A DNA stretch of 64,000 nt from Setoptus koraiensis (taxonomy: Eukaryota > Animalia > Arthropoda), in NCBI GenBank assembly GCA_048013815.1, contig CM106585.1, positions 13,020,001 to 13,084,000 on the forward strand, written 5' to 3'. The notes below the pieces were generated by a model. It was not told the DNA's origin. It searched no databases and saw only the letters and a program-made list of their open reading frames with translations. Below, piece after piece: positions 41,401 to 52,235 of this stretch. The stretch's first letter is position 1, and each line of letters opens with the position of its first letter. Made by a program: the position numbers and the translations under genes.

Positions 41401-44142
41401 ATATCTGGCTGGTCAACTGTCGATGCATGCCGGCACAGTGTGAAAGATAAGCGTTATTTTAAATTGAAGTGCTGCCATTGCGCCATTTTGAGCGGCTCAT
41501 TGATTCGGGGCCCTAATTCAATATATCTGGCCGCCAAATCACGTAGCAATGTAGCGTTGTTATGACAATGCGAGTTTGTGCCTGCCACCAACGCTAGAGG
41601 CGCTGGCTGTCCATACTACAGTAGTATTACTACTGACCAGTGCTAAGCTACTGTGCTACACTAACAGTACACACAGTGTAGCACTGACGGACATATTAGG
41701 TAGTAAATAAAGTATACAAAATGAGATGGTAATGGCGTAATTGCCAAAATGGGCCCGTTGTTAGCCATTGATGCAGCGCGATAATCATTGCTAATGTTTA
41801 TGCACTACTTGTTGTAGATAACACCACACACCACGTTATTTTCTTGCCTTCTCTTGTCCGTGAATATATAGCACGCGCTGGTATTAGGCAACATCTATCC
41901 TTGGTGTATCCGCACATCAAGAACTCGCACTGGGCCGGCTGGTGTCGACATTACATAACAGTAGCACACAGTAGGTCATTGAGACGCCCACGCACAACAT
42001 TTGCCGCCAGCAAGTGTGACTACTGTGACTTGACTAGCCAAAATGACCATTCAAACTGACCATTGGCTTGCAACGGACCGTGCCAGGCGGGGGCCTCATT
42101 TTATTTCCATTCATAATAACAATAACAGCGCCAGGCCATTTCATTGCCACTGCCAACTGCTGGCCCCTTTCTGAGAAGATCTGTCAGAAGAAAGATTTGC
42201 TCTGGCTGGTTGGCTCGCTTGCCGAGTCTCACCGAGCCAAATTGATTGATTGAGGCCAACTGAGCTGCTATTTGCCTGCTTCAGCGGCCCTCAGTTTCGC
42301 AACTTGGCAAGCCTGGCACAATCGGCTACCACAAAACTGTTATGCACGTGCCAGCGGCAGCTTGTGTGCTGCTGCTGCTGCTCGTGCCGAGCACGAGCAG
42401 TGATAAAAATGAGATAAATACAGTGGCGATAAAATAAAGGTCAACAAACATTCGCACACACTATTTTGAATTGTGTGCTGGCCAAGAGTTGGCACAGAAA
42501 GTAGCTACTAGCTATAAATATTTGTGGCGCCATGCAGCCTATTTATGCGCCGGGCCCCATTCAGCCCGGCGCTGGCCCCAGTTTTGTTTCTGCATTCATT
42601 CAGAGTTTGGACATTTTGCAAAGCTGGCGCAATTGCAATCACATTGCGACGAGAACGGTAGCACAACTGGCTGCGGATAGTCATTGTTGAGACGGGCTTC
42701 CGCCGAAAAGAAATCGCCGAAAATCCGAACAAATCACATCTGTTTGTATGGTAATGTCAAGAAAAATGAAAATAAAAAAGTACAAAAAATGGCAAAGATA
42801 GAAACGAAAACCGGCCTCGTGTGAGTGCTAGCAAGACAATTTCATGGTCGAAGTGATCATGATTTACGGATATGACAAAAAATGAGTGATGAGTAATTGA
42901 CAAGTGACATTCGAAGAGCGCAGATTTTCGGGTTTGCTTCGTGTGAGCACAAGGTAGAAAAAGAGAGCCGTGACGCCGCGAGAATTCTCACGTTGGACCT
43001 GGAAAATCGGACGTAATAATGAGTGAGGCCATAGGGCTGAAAACAAGTTTTCGAGTCGCGTGACAAGCTTGAGGAGGGTGGCGGCTCGGAAAATGTATCG
43101 ATAGGGCTAACAAAATATTGTCATACTATCTGTCATCGGCGCCATCACTAATTGCTGTAAAAGGCTGCTGCCCAGCGAGCCAGACGGGTCATTTCGGCAC
43201 GTATTTGTTGTGTGACCGGAAAAGAGAGATTGGACGCTATTGCCCAATAGATTGTGTCGTCATTTTCACTGAGCTGCACGGCGCGGTATGGTGTGGCAGG
43301 AAAACGGAGCGGCTTTTCGGCCGGAAGGGTAGAGATTTCACACAAATTGTATAAAAATGATGCGCCGTCGGATTGTTCGATACTCTACGGGCGGTGGATC
43401 ATTTGATGATTCTGTTCTTCCGTCTGGGTATGACAGCGAAATATTTATGCGCATCCATCATTTCAACATGAGATTTTAGTGGATTTTTCCGACCCGCTGT
43501 AGTCGTTATAGTGTGGCTATAATAGAGTGGCCTGGCCATTGTCATGAACAGACCCCAATGGCTGAAATAGCTAAATCCGTGACTGAGAAAGATGGACATT
43601 GATCGAGAATAGTGGTCAAATTCACCCCAAGCACAAGAATATCCAATAATATCTGACATTATTAGATCTAGCTACATTTCGAAGAATTCATTTGTGTGGT
43701 TGGTTCGCGAGTGGAGCCAACACATCATCATCGCGGCGCCGCAAATACCCCAACGTACGGTTCTGTGTGTGCTGCCACTAATCCGACAAATCAATACGAC
43801 ACAATCTCAGGTGCGCCCTATCGCAAGCCCAATATTGTGATCGATGTCCGATGTCGGATATCGAGACCAGGCAACGAGGCCCATATAAGCTCAATCAATC
43901 ATGTAGAACTGGATTATCTATTATTTATCATTACTTAATGTTGAGCCTACAAGCCGGGCGTTTGGCGCAATAGTTGTTGGCACCAGCAAGCAACGTTTGC
44001 GATCGTGTTTCAACTGCTGCCCATTATACGGCCAGAATCTGAAACTGAGTACTCACCTTTTGGCCGGATTGCGATATTCTTACGTCGACTGAGCCCTCCA
44101 AAATGGCGTACCAATTGATGGCGTCGTCGCCCTGCCGGAACA
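25335..44142 (-). CDS. RAPGEF4: Epac / Rap guanine nucleotide exchange factor 4 (CNB-A, DEP, CNB-B, REM, RA, CDC25); 15 exons chained, 5' exon(s) not located
   Basis: Exons: 44057-44142, 37815-38088, 37480-37736, 36298-37316, 35655-36061, 31379-31990, 27979-28174, 27694-27862, 27544-27594, 27398-27441, 27047-27279, 26736-26885, 26081-26624, 25639-25936, 25335-25523. All intron phases are compatible (4,529 nt, ~1,500 aa). Diagnostic motifs: [88 protein letters not shown]. Confidence 0.93.
25639..25936 (-). CDS. RAPGEF4: Epac CDC25 GEF exon
   Basis: TTCAG|T TGC AAG ... [17 protein letters not shown]...[18 protein letters not shown]|GTAACT. Confidence 0.92.
26081..26624 (-). CDS. RAPGEF4: Epac RA end / CDC25 start exon
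   Basis: GTCAG|AG CGC ATC ... [23 protein letters not shown] ... [13 protein letters not shown] ... KFIKIAA|GTGAGT. Confidence 0.92.
26736..26885 (-). CDS. RAPGEF4: Epac RA-domain exon
   Basis: TGTAG|TT ATA TTC: [15 protein letters not shown]...AAEKLGL...VQIKSNG|GTAACT. Confidence 0.9.
27047..27279 (-). CDS. RAPGEF4: Epac REM-RA linker exon
   Basis: CAACAG|A ... SIKASDE A|GTGAGT; phases fit both neighbours. Confidence 0.8.
27398..27441 (-). CDS. RAPGEF4: Epac small exon ([14 protein letters not shown])
   Basis: ACCAG| acceptor, GA|GTGAGT donor; phase-consistent. Confidence 0.75.
27544..27594 (-). CDS. RAPGEF4: Epac small exon ([17 protein letters not shown])
   Basis: CACAG| acceptor, AAG|GTTAGT donor; 17 codons. 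Confidence 0.8.
27694..27862 (-). CDS. RAPGEF4: Epac REM exon ([19 protein letters not shown])
   Basis: ACTAG|G acceptor (exact acceptor less certain), AAG|GTGAGT donor; resembles the Epac KRRVIRLVLQW motif. Confidence 0.8.
27979..28174 (-). CDS. RAPGEF4: Epac REM exon (EHLLETRID...[16 protein letters not shown])
   Basis: CGCAG|AG acceptor, CA|GTAAGT donor; REM motif [12 protein letters not shown]. Confidence 0.9.
28636..28707 (+). tRNA. trnE-CTC: tRNA-Glu (anticodon CTC), intronless, nested antisense in an Epac intron
   Basis: Acceptor stem TCCGTCA/TGACGGA pairs fully; A-box TGTCTAGTGG; anticodon arm TCTGG-CTCTCAC-CCAGG; T-arm CCGGG-TTCGATT-CCCGG; Pol III terminator TTTTT at 28713-28717. 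Confidence 0.97.
30763..30832. repeat. (GACCAGC)10 tandem repeat
   Basis: Ten 7-bp units, one variant AACCAGC; flanked by AATCAGC units. Confidence 0.95.
31379..31990 (-). CDS. RAPGEF4: Epac exon linking CNB-B lid (KEVLILQK) to REM strand ([13 protein letters not shown]), with a long Q/N insertion
   Basis: AACAG|GC AAA GAG GTG CTG; CTC G|GTGAGT. Confidence 0.9.
32501..32556. repeat. 21-bp minisatellite AACTCGCAAAAGATGGCAAAA x~2.7
   Basis: Direct reading. Confidence 0.9.
33491..33563. repeat. 11-bp minisatellite CCGACAA(T/C)CCG x~6.5
   Basis: Direct reading. Confidence 0.9.
33920..33989. repeat. (GATTTTCTCGACTC)5 perfect 14-bp tandem repeat
   Basis: Five exact units. No spacers, so not a CRISPR array. 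Confidence 0.97.
35143..35181. repeat. (GT)n microsatellite
   Basis: Direct reading; an (AG)n tract follows at ~35438-35471. Confidence 0.95.
35655..36061 (-). CDS. RAPGEF4: Epac CNB-B (cAMP-binding) exon
   Basis: [26 protein letters not shown]...[19 protein letters not shown]...[20 protein letters not shown]...[11 protein letters not shown]|GTAAGT; AAG acceptor at 36062. Confidence 0.95.
36298..37316 (-). CDS. RAPGEF4: Epac DEP-domain exon with a ~190-aa Q-rich insertion
   Basis: TGCAG|GAA ATG ... [22 protein letters not shown] [insert] [15 protein letters not shown]...[13 protein letters not shown]...[13 protein letters not shown]...[14 protein letters not shown]|GTAAGG. Confidence 0.92.
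37480..37736 (-). CDS. RAPGEF4: Epac low-complexity linker exon between CNB-A and DEP
   Basis: ATGCAG|GT CCC acceptor, AAC|GTAAGT donor; open frame. Confidence 0.75.
37815..38088 (-). CDS. RAPGEF4: Epac CNB-A second exon
   Basis: GTCAG|GAC GTG GTG: [15 protein letters not shown]...[16 protein letters not shown]; the in-phase donor is non-canonical G|GCAAGC. Confidence 0.85.
38144..38212. repeat. 20-bp minisatellite GTCC(A/G)ATTCCGGCCAATTTC x~3.5
   Basis: Direct reading; just upstream of the CNB-A exon acceptor region. Confidence 0.9.
40875..40990. repeat. 29-bp minisatellite GTCAGCTGACTGTCAGTTGGGCTCC(G/T)TGA x4 (first unit degenerate)
   Basis: Units start at 40875, 40904, 40933 and 40962; each unit is internally palindromic (CTGACTGTCAG). 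Confidence 0.92.
44057..44142 (-). CDS. RAPGEF4: Epac CNB-A first recognisable exon
   Basis: GACAG|TG TTC CGG CAG GGC GAC: [28 protein letters not shown]|GTGAGT; joins in phase 0 to 38088. Not in the ORF track because it is too short. Confidence 0.9.
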
Positions 44143-47100
44143 CTGTCGCATACAACAACGTATTGCAATTGTATTGGTGGGGGTGTCATGAAATGAATAA
44201 TAATACAGTTAGTACATTGAACAGTGAAGCGATTTTATATACAGTTGCAATTCTTTTCTGGGGTGGAATAATTTTTGATTAACAGCAGTCTAGTGAATTG
44301 TCAATCTGAAGTGGCAATTGTCAGTGGGGCCCATTGAGTCGGCATCAGGTAAGTTGGGGGGCACGTTTCGATTATTTCACTCAGATTCACTTTCGGTCAA
44401 TGGTCAGCGTGCGGCCAGTGGCAGCCGAACGGGTTTTGTGTGTGTCTGTTAATTGCGACAGATACTGTCGGCGGACATTGTTGTCATGACTTTTGTTGTC
44501 ATTTGTCAAACAAAATGGGATAATGTCGACGGAGCAAGCAACAACAAAGGGTTGGCGCTTCGGTGCCCTCAAAACCGTCGAAATGGCCACTATTGATAGC
44601 ATGTCGTGTTTGCAAACTTGCGACTCACACAAGTTGCGGGGCCCGCCGAGAGGGGCCAGCGAAAGAGCAGTCAGTGACGTATTGGACGTATTATTGTTTG
44701 TGTGTGTCGAGCGGCGCACCAGTAACGGTTATTTGGTCGCTTTGTATTCGCTTGGTGGCCTATGTGCATCATTTCAAATGAGTTATTATTTGTGTACGCT
44801 GATGCCGCCTCTGGCGGCGCTGTTATGTAACTGTAAATCGTCAAAGTCGTCGTCTATTGTTGTGCTCTGTTGTGTTGTTTTGTTTTATTGCAAAAATGAA
44901 CTTTCTGGCCACTGGGCGAGCTGTTGTTGTTGTTGCGATTTGCAGTTGTTCGCTATCCGTTCGCCGACAACAGAAAACAGATCGCAAATTATGAGAAATG
45001 ATGGCCCCAGCAGTGGCCAGTGTTTAGCTAGTGGAGCAAGTTGGGCGCCTGGCGCGCTGCCGAAATGTCGAAATGAAACGGACGCAATCATAAAACGGAG
45101 CTAACGGTAATTCTTGTAATTCTCGCTGGCGAGCCACCCACACAACTAATGCGCCCATCCCGCCATCCAGACTGTGATATAAACTATGCGCGCGCTTAAT
45201 TTAATGTATCCAATGTGCTGAGCGATGGTTGGCAAGGCGAAGAGCAAGGTCACACAGACAGCGCGGCCAACAACAGCCGAAAGTTGCGACAAAAAGAAAA
45301 AACACCACAAGTGAAGCCAAGTGAAAAAAGCTGGCCACCAGCGCGAGTATTCTCGGCGGGCCCCACTGGCGCCCACGCTCGACGCAGCAGCGACGATGCG
45401 ACACTGCAGCTCGACACTCGGAATTGGCAATTCGCGAGCTGGCGATTCTCAATTCCGATTGGATTTGGCCAGTTTTTGTTGGCTCGCTAGCGTCACCCGA
45501 AAGCCTCGACGCGACTCGACGCGACGCGACTCAACTCGACGCGAAAAGAGGCCGAACAGCGGAGAAAAGAAGATGCGGCAACTGTATCTTTATTTCGTCC
45601 ATGCCAATTGTTGTAGGCAGCCATTATTAGAACGCTGCCCGAGTTTTTGCCGCCAGAATTATGAAATATTAAATTTATGGCGGCCTGCAGCCAGCCAACT
45701 GCAGCAGGCCTGTCACACTGATCCGTTGTGTTGTCCATTCAACATGCTGTCCATAATCGATGCAGCAGCTCGATTGGGGCCAGACCCCCTCAAACAAGCG
45801 CCGGACCCCAGATGCCAGCCATTGAAGATGCCTTAGAATAGCCCGTTCGGCGGAGCCCCCGTTCTCATTTATTGCCGGCCTTCGTTCAAGGTCGGCAGCG
45901 CCGAAATCGGGACGAAAAATTCATGATATCAATGGAAACGAATTTCCATTCAAATGAATACTAAAGCATGTGATCTGTCGCGCGATTTTGCATTTGCCCT
46001 CATTTGCATCTGCAGACCTCCGATGTCCGCACCACGTTGCGCCGAATTGAAAAAACTGCCATCGTATACCAAAAAGCGCCTACCATTATTGGCTGGCTGG
46101 CTGTCTTGTCAGCGACTAACAGCAAAAGTGACATTGGCAATCCGTTATGAGCGCACGAGTCGGCGCCCCAGCGGGCCACGCGATAAACCAAAAAAGAAAT
46201 CGAAAAAGAAAAAGAAATCTGACAAAAATATCATACCGATGTAATCATATATCTGGTCCGCAACGACAGTTACTATAGTGCTATAGTTGCTGCAACTGCC
46301 ACTAGATGCTAGTTGCAGCAACGGCAGTTGTTACAAGCTATGGCGACAAACTTCCGCTTGAATCGCTTTGAATTAATCATCGCATTTTCATCAGCTCGCT
46401 GCAGCTCTCGAACGCCATTCGCCTGCCTTGAAATCAATGTCTCATACGCAATCTATCCAATGCGATGCTCAGTTTTTTCCTTTTAGTCGCAACCGATGTC
46501 TAACAGGCTCACTGCTGGCTTCGGTTGGAGATCGCTGGCAAATGAATCAGTCCAATCCAACCAGACAGTGTATATCGGGACGAACACTTTTTACACACAG
46601 TGGTTGCGCAATTATACTCGACTAACTGGTGACAACCTCATGCGACCTCTAGGATTAATGTGTCGCCATTTTTTGTTAAGATTATACATCACCATAATCT
46701 GCCGCATGACTCCGTGCCGCTCCGACGCAGATAGAGATTCCGTTACATTGAACTGTCGGAACGAATTACAATTAGCCATGAGTCATTTATCACATGGCTA
46801 TCACGGGTGAATATAATCGCGAGTTACCCGATACTCTTCGCTGTGAAGAAGAGATTTTCGTGCGTGAATCGTGAATTATTTGCAACATGATTTTCGCTTT
46901 TTAGAAAAAATTTTGCTTTTTTGGGAAAATTTCGTTTTTTCGGGAAAATTTCGCTTTTTCGGAAAAGCTTTTCGATCTATTTCCATGGCGACGTGACAGT
47001 GGCGATGCCGTCGCTGTCAAAGGCCGTTAAATACGGCTTTTGATGAACTTTTCTGATTTAGTGCCAAAATGATTTTCAGCACTCAATCTGAATATAATTC

Positions 47101-50100
47101 GCTTCGCAATATTTCAGCACTAGAACATTCAACAGAAAAGAGAAAAAACACCAAACATCTCGTGATTTATCTGTCTTTGTTGCAACAATTGTTACTGACT
47201 GTTAATCTTCATTGTCACACACTGTTATATCCCATTTGGCTGGGTAAGTGTTGATTAATTGTCGGAAATTCAGTTAGCACACAAGATGACAACGCATTGG
47301 CAGCTGTCTGTGTCTCTCGTTCGAACGGGCATCACGAAAACGACTTTCTTTTTTCCGGGAAGAGCACAATCTTCGCGATATATTTCGCGTAAAAATAAAT
47401 TTATTATGCGCGCTTCTCCATGTATTTAGGGCGAAGCAAGCGCACGAGATAGGACAGTGGAAATTGTTGCGAAATTTCGCACATGGCCAGCGCGTGTTCA
47501 TGAAATTATCTCACGAAACTGCGATTATTGCGGAAACTGATCATTGGAGAAATTTCTTGCTGTATTCGTTATTTGGGGGGTTTTCTAATGGACCTTTCTT
47601 GCTCAGCTCGGCACTCTGGCTATAGATTTTTGATGGGATCGAGGTTAACGAGAAAATGGTTTATCTTGTCAGATGGACACAAGGAATGCCCATTATTGAT
47701 GAGCTAGAGATGGTAATTAAAGTTTGATCATATCGTATCAGCAGAGACAAGGAATGCGTGATTATGTGCTGGTTGTCATGAGGCGATTTGATCAGTTTCT
47801 GATTGTAGCCAGTGTATGTCGAAGAGAGACTCAATAATCAAGAAAGGCTGGATAATCGGATTGTGAGAAGAAGTTTGTCGACAGTTGGCAGTTTGAGTTG
47901 GCAGAAAATGTGATTACATAATAATGTAATGAATTCATTTGGTGTAGCGTCGCGTCGGCTCGCATGGTCGTGCCATTGGATGATGGCCGGCCGAGACAGC
48001 AAGCCAATAACAAATACGGTGTTGCGTATTGGTTGCGTCACTCTGCCACTACTACAACTACCACTGCTGAGATTTACTTAGAATCAAGTGCGACAAGTTC
48101 ATATCTCAATAGTGCAAGCATTTCGGTTCAGTGTTACATAGATACTAGGTCGTATATATTTAGCAGTGGAAAGAATGTCTTGCACAGGTAAGCAAGCTTG
48201 AGTGGCGGATTAGTGTTGGGCCAGCAACAACAACAGCAACAACGACTGCGATAACGACAGCAACAACGACAACAGCAACAACACACACTCTAGTGAAGAC
48301 GCAATAGAGCCCAGAATCTGGTGCTGTAATCTCGCCCTAAGTCTGGCCATTTGTATCACTAATATCTTACACTTTGTTGTTGCTGTTGTTGTTGTTGTTG
48401 CTGCTGTTGTTGCTGGTGTTGTTATTGTTGTTGGTGTTGTTGTTGATGGCGGAGACACTGTGTGAACCCAATTAGTTGTTCGGCCATCTTGTTCGTGCAA
48501 ATCTTTGATGGCTGTCCGTTGCTGTGTGAGTGAGTCTTGAGTGCACCACCACCACCACCACCAACAACAACGACAGCCACAAAATCAGTGCACCTGTCCA
48601 GTGCTGGCAAGCTCTGGCTAGTGTAACTGTGTGAAAATTACCTGTGTCTGTGGCCTAGTGATCGACTGGCATAGATAGAGACGTAACGCGTGCTTACGGT
48701 GGCGCGCTCGTGTGCACTCATTTGTGGTCGCACCCACAACCACAATTACCTGATTATATACTTGTGTATGTGTGCTGGTGTCAGACACAATTGTGTAACA
48801 ATGACATAATCATTTTGCACATTATTATCTGGTCTAAATCAAAATTGCAGCACGTGCAATCATGCCAAAAATTTCAACTCGCACCAACTCACACGACACA
48901 AATGTAATAATAATTGAATAATGTGAGCTATTTCCTATAAGCAACACATACGACGCAATGCAATGATGCAATCTGATGGGCATCTCATTGCAGCGCGTTT
49001 ATTACGAATTGGACTGTCGTTAGTTTGAAGAGTTCAATCAATTTTCAGTTACAATTGAGGGTGCAGCATAGCGCTGCAAACCATATCATTAGTGCAAACA
49101 ATCTGAATCATTGTGTATTCGAGACATGTGACACTTTGTTGTTATTAAAAAGAATTGGTTTGAACAGAATTAGAAAGAAAACGAGGCGAGTGACCAAGAA
49201 GGTAATAACACGCTTCCAGAATCAACCATTTGAAACCATATTGGTGCATCTACTGTGAGCTTCAAGAGGGTATTTAGTTTGAAAATTTTATCTATTTTTC
49301 GATTAGCAGTTCGGTTTCGGGTGAAAGCTGGCAATTCACCACATCTCGCAAGAGCACTATCATTTGTGAATCGCTCAATAATCGCTCAATCGGAACAATG
49401 TTGATATTGGGAAAAAAACAAAATCTCGTAGTAAGCATCTCGCCCTAGCAGCAACCGAAAGCTGATCCAATAACAAATAATAGTAACATTCATAAACATC
49501 ACGAGTGATTTTGACCAATTTCGTTAATCAATTTTCGCCCAGCGAAATCAGTTCGTTCGAAATCGTTAATGCTACGAATGAAACCACAAGAAGAAAACTA
49601 AAAAGAACGTTTAGAGTGCCTCGGCGGTTCGCAGTCAGCTTCGTTTGAGCAAATAAATACGGTAGATAATATGACAGGTGATTTATTGCGTAACCCCAAT
49701 GCTTTCACAATGCTGTTTGCATTGCAATATAATGCATGCCGATGGAGTTTGTCAGTGTGCACTCATTGTTGTATTACGACCAATTATATGTGTTTGTTTG
49801 GGTGAATAGTGTGTTATTAATGGTGTTAGTTAGATAATTTTGCATGATTTCGATGCTGTAGGCGGTGGGCCATTACGGGGTTGGCGTGTATCCATCGATG
49901 GAGCCCCATGGATGGGATCATTGGGAACAGGTTGCCGTTCGACACTGCCAGTGTATTGGTTTATGCAGGCTGTAAACAGGCTATTGACACGTTATGTATA
50001 ACGCTACATACAATGTACATACACATATAACATAGCGGATATAAGCGGCTAAGTAGTGGGTGTGCAAACGATAATAATCTAATATGGATATAATATCATT

Positions 50101-52094
50101 ATTACGCACTAATCTAATAAATTCTCTTTGATAACTCTCCAGGGTTACGCAACGCACACACACACTACCTATCACAGTGGCTGTATTTGTGGAGGCGGTT
50201 TCTTGGATTTGGTTGCATCGACTGACGGCCAGCTAGATTTGCCGCTAACTGAACAGGTAACTGCAGCAAACGGTAACACGGGCCCCAACAAAGTAATAAC
50301 AAGTGCAAGCAACTGTGCACTAGCGGACCGTTGTTTGTCGTCGTGGCTACTTGCCAACTCTGACAATTAGAGGCTGCACTGCGTACATAAACACGTGCAT
50401 TTCATTACTGTCTGACTTGGCCAGTGGGCAGCAGCTCGTGGCAGCGGCGCTGAAATTAGTGCGTGACATTATGTGACTCAACAGTGGCCAGCGAGCGAGC
50501 AAGCATCGCGAACAAACTCATTAGCATTATGCGCATTGCGTCTCGTCGGCAGCATTACGGCAACGACTGTGCCAATAAAAGCTACAACAACGACAGTGCC
50601 AACAAAGGCAACAACGCCAACAACAACAACGCCAACAACAGTGACAGCCAAAAAGCATACGGCTGGCTTAACAAGCTCATATTATCATAATTAGCTATGC
50701 ATATATCGTTATTTATTCGCTGCTGCTGCTGCAGCGAGAAGTCGCGCACCGACAATAATAATAAAGTTGGCGAAAAGATAAAATAGTGATCTCACAAGAA
50801 CAACCAATAACGAGATGGGGCCAATGTTTGCGTAGGCGTGCGTCTGGGCCCCATCTGGTCGGGCCCGAACAGGTGAGGCCCTGACCGAGTGAGGCCCGGC
50901 CCCGGCCCCGACCAGGCGAGGCTTGACCTTCAAAAGAGTCAGACAAAGTCGATTGTAACAACAGCAGCAGCTTGTTACATGAAATTGTTACAATTTTTGA
51001 TGTTTGATGTTTGATGTAACAACCGGCGAACAAACTCGATCTTTAGTTTGCTTGTTACCTTTGCACTAACACACACAGCCAGCCAAGTAAAAGGTTGAGA
51101 GAGAAAGCTTGAGAGAGCTGCCAATCGCATCGGCTAAGCGGCATCCCTCGGGCCTGGCCGCCCCCGCCACCGACTGTGTGTGTGTGCACTTCAATTGCTG
51201 GCTGCAAATATCGGCATATTTAAGTACGACAATAACAACAACAACAACAACTACAATGCGCAAATATATGCAGTTACATCATTGTGATGCACAAAACATT
51301 TGTTATTTTATAATCGACGCTCTTTTGGGCCCACGAAGCACGGCTTGAACTCGAACTGACGCACGTAAACTCGTGATAGCTGAAAGGATCTCTGTCAGAT
51401 AAAAGATGAAATCAGTGGCGCTGTCGGCAATGAGGCGCAAAGAGAGCCAGCCATGATATTACTCATGTTGATACTGACAACGGTAATTTTGTTACTCGAT
51501 CGATCGTTACTATTGATTGCGCCCACCTCTTGCAGTGTTTGTGTCTTGGCTCGCAAAGCTTGCCAAGCTCTGGCTGTCGGCTGGCCGACGCGAGCAACAT
51601 AAACGGCAAACTTGATGCCGTTGTTGCTGTTGCTATAACTAGCGCTGTTGTTTTCGGGCAGCCCGACTATTGGATTATCTAAATTGGCGATGTTGCATAT
51701 TTGCATACATTTTTCGTGCGCCTCGCTAGCAGCGCTGGCTCCCGTATAATTTGGCAGCACTTGAGAAACGAACGATGCTCGCCGAACCCAATTCACATGG
51801 CCCGAGTATTCAAAGGGGATTGACGCTTGCACAAAACAGGTAGAGCTCAGATAAAAAATTGGCCTCTTCGGAGTACACCGTCGTTGGCTAGCTTCGTGGC
51901 CAGCGACGGCTCAGTGCAACAGTTACACTGTGCTGGGCAGGAATTCGGGGCCCGGGCAGCAGTTTTTTGGCTTACACTTTTGATCACAACTTGTGATTAG
52001 CAATCGCAAAGACGGCGCTAATCAGCGCCTGTGACGACTCGTATCGTCATTAGTTTCTGTTGTCGATATTCGAGGCAAGCGTCCGTTGCATTTT

Positions 52095-52235
52095 CTGTTT
52101 GCTATTTTCCGTTTTCCGTTCTCCATTTTTCCTTTTTTTCATTTTTCATTTTTCGTTTTTCGTTTTTCGTTTTTCAATTTTCGTTTTTTGTCCTCGTTTT
52201 CCGTCTCGTCGTTTTTCATTTTTCATTTTTCACTC
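52095..52235. repeat. Degenerate T-rich repeat (TTTTTCRTT-like)
   Basis: Direct reading. Confidence 0.7.

Noticed and set aside
48422-48610. MAEQLIGFTQCLRHQQQ as Epac first exon
   Set aside because: In-frame TAA inside the poly-Q before any donor; similarity to the Epac N-terminus is negligible.
39343-50256. Plus-strand micro-exon-like AG...GT pairs (39343-39360, 48167-48187, 50178-50256; donors also at ~44348 and ~58396) suggesting an antisense gene
   Set aside because: They do not chain into a recognisable protein, and such motifs arise often by chance; RNA data would be needed.
51395-51832. 145-aa minus ORF with EKCMQICNIANLD, faintly like the Epac CNB-A helix
   Set aside because: Spacing and key residues do not match, and there is no suitable phase-1 donor.
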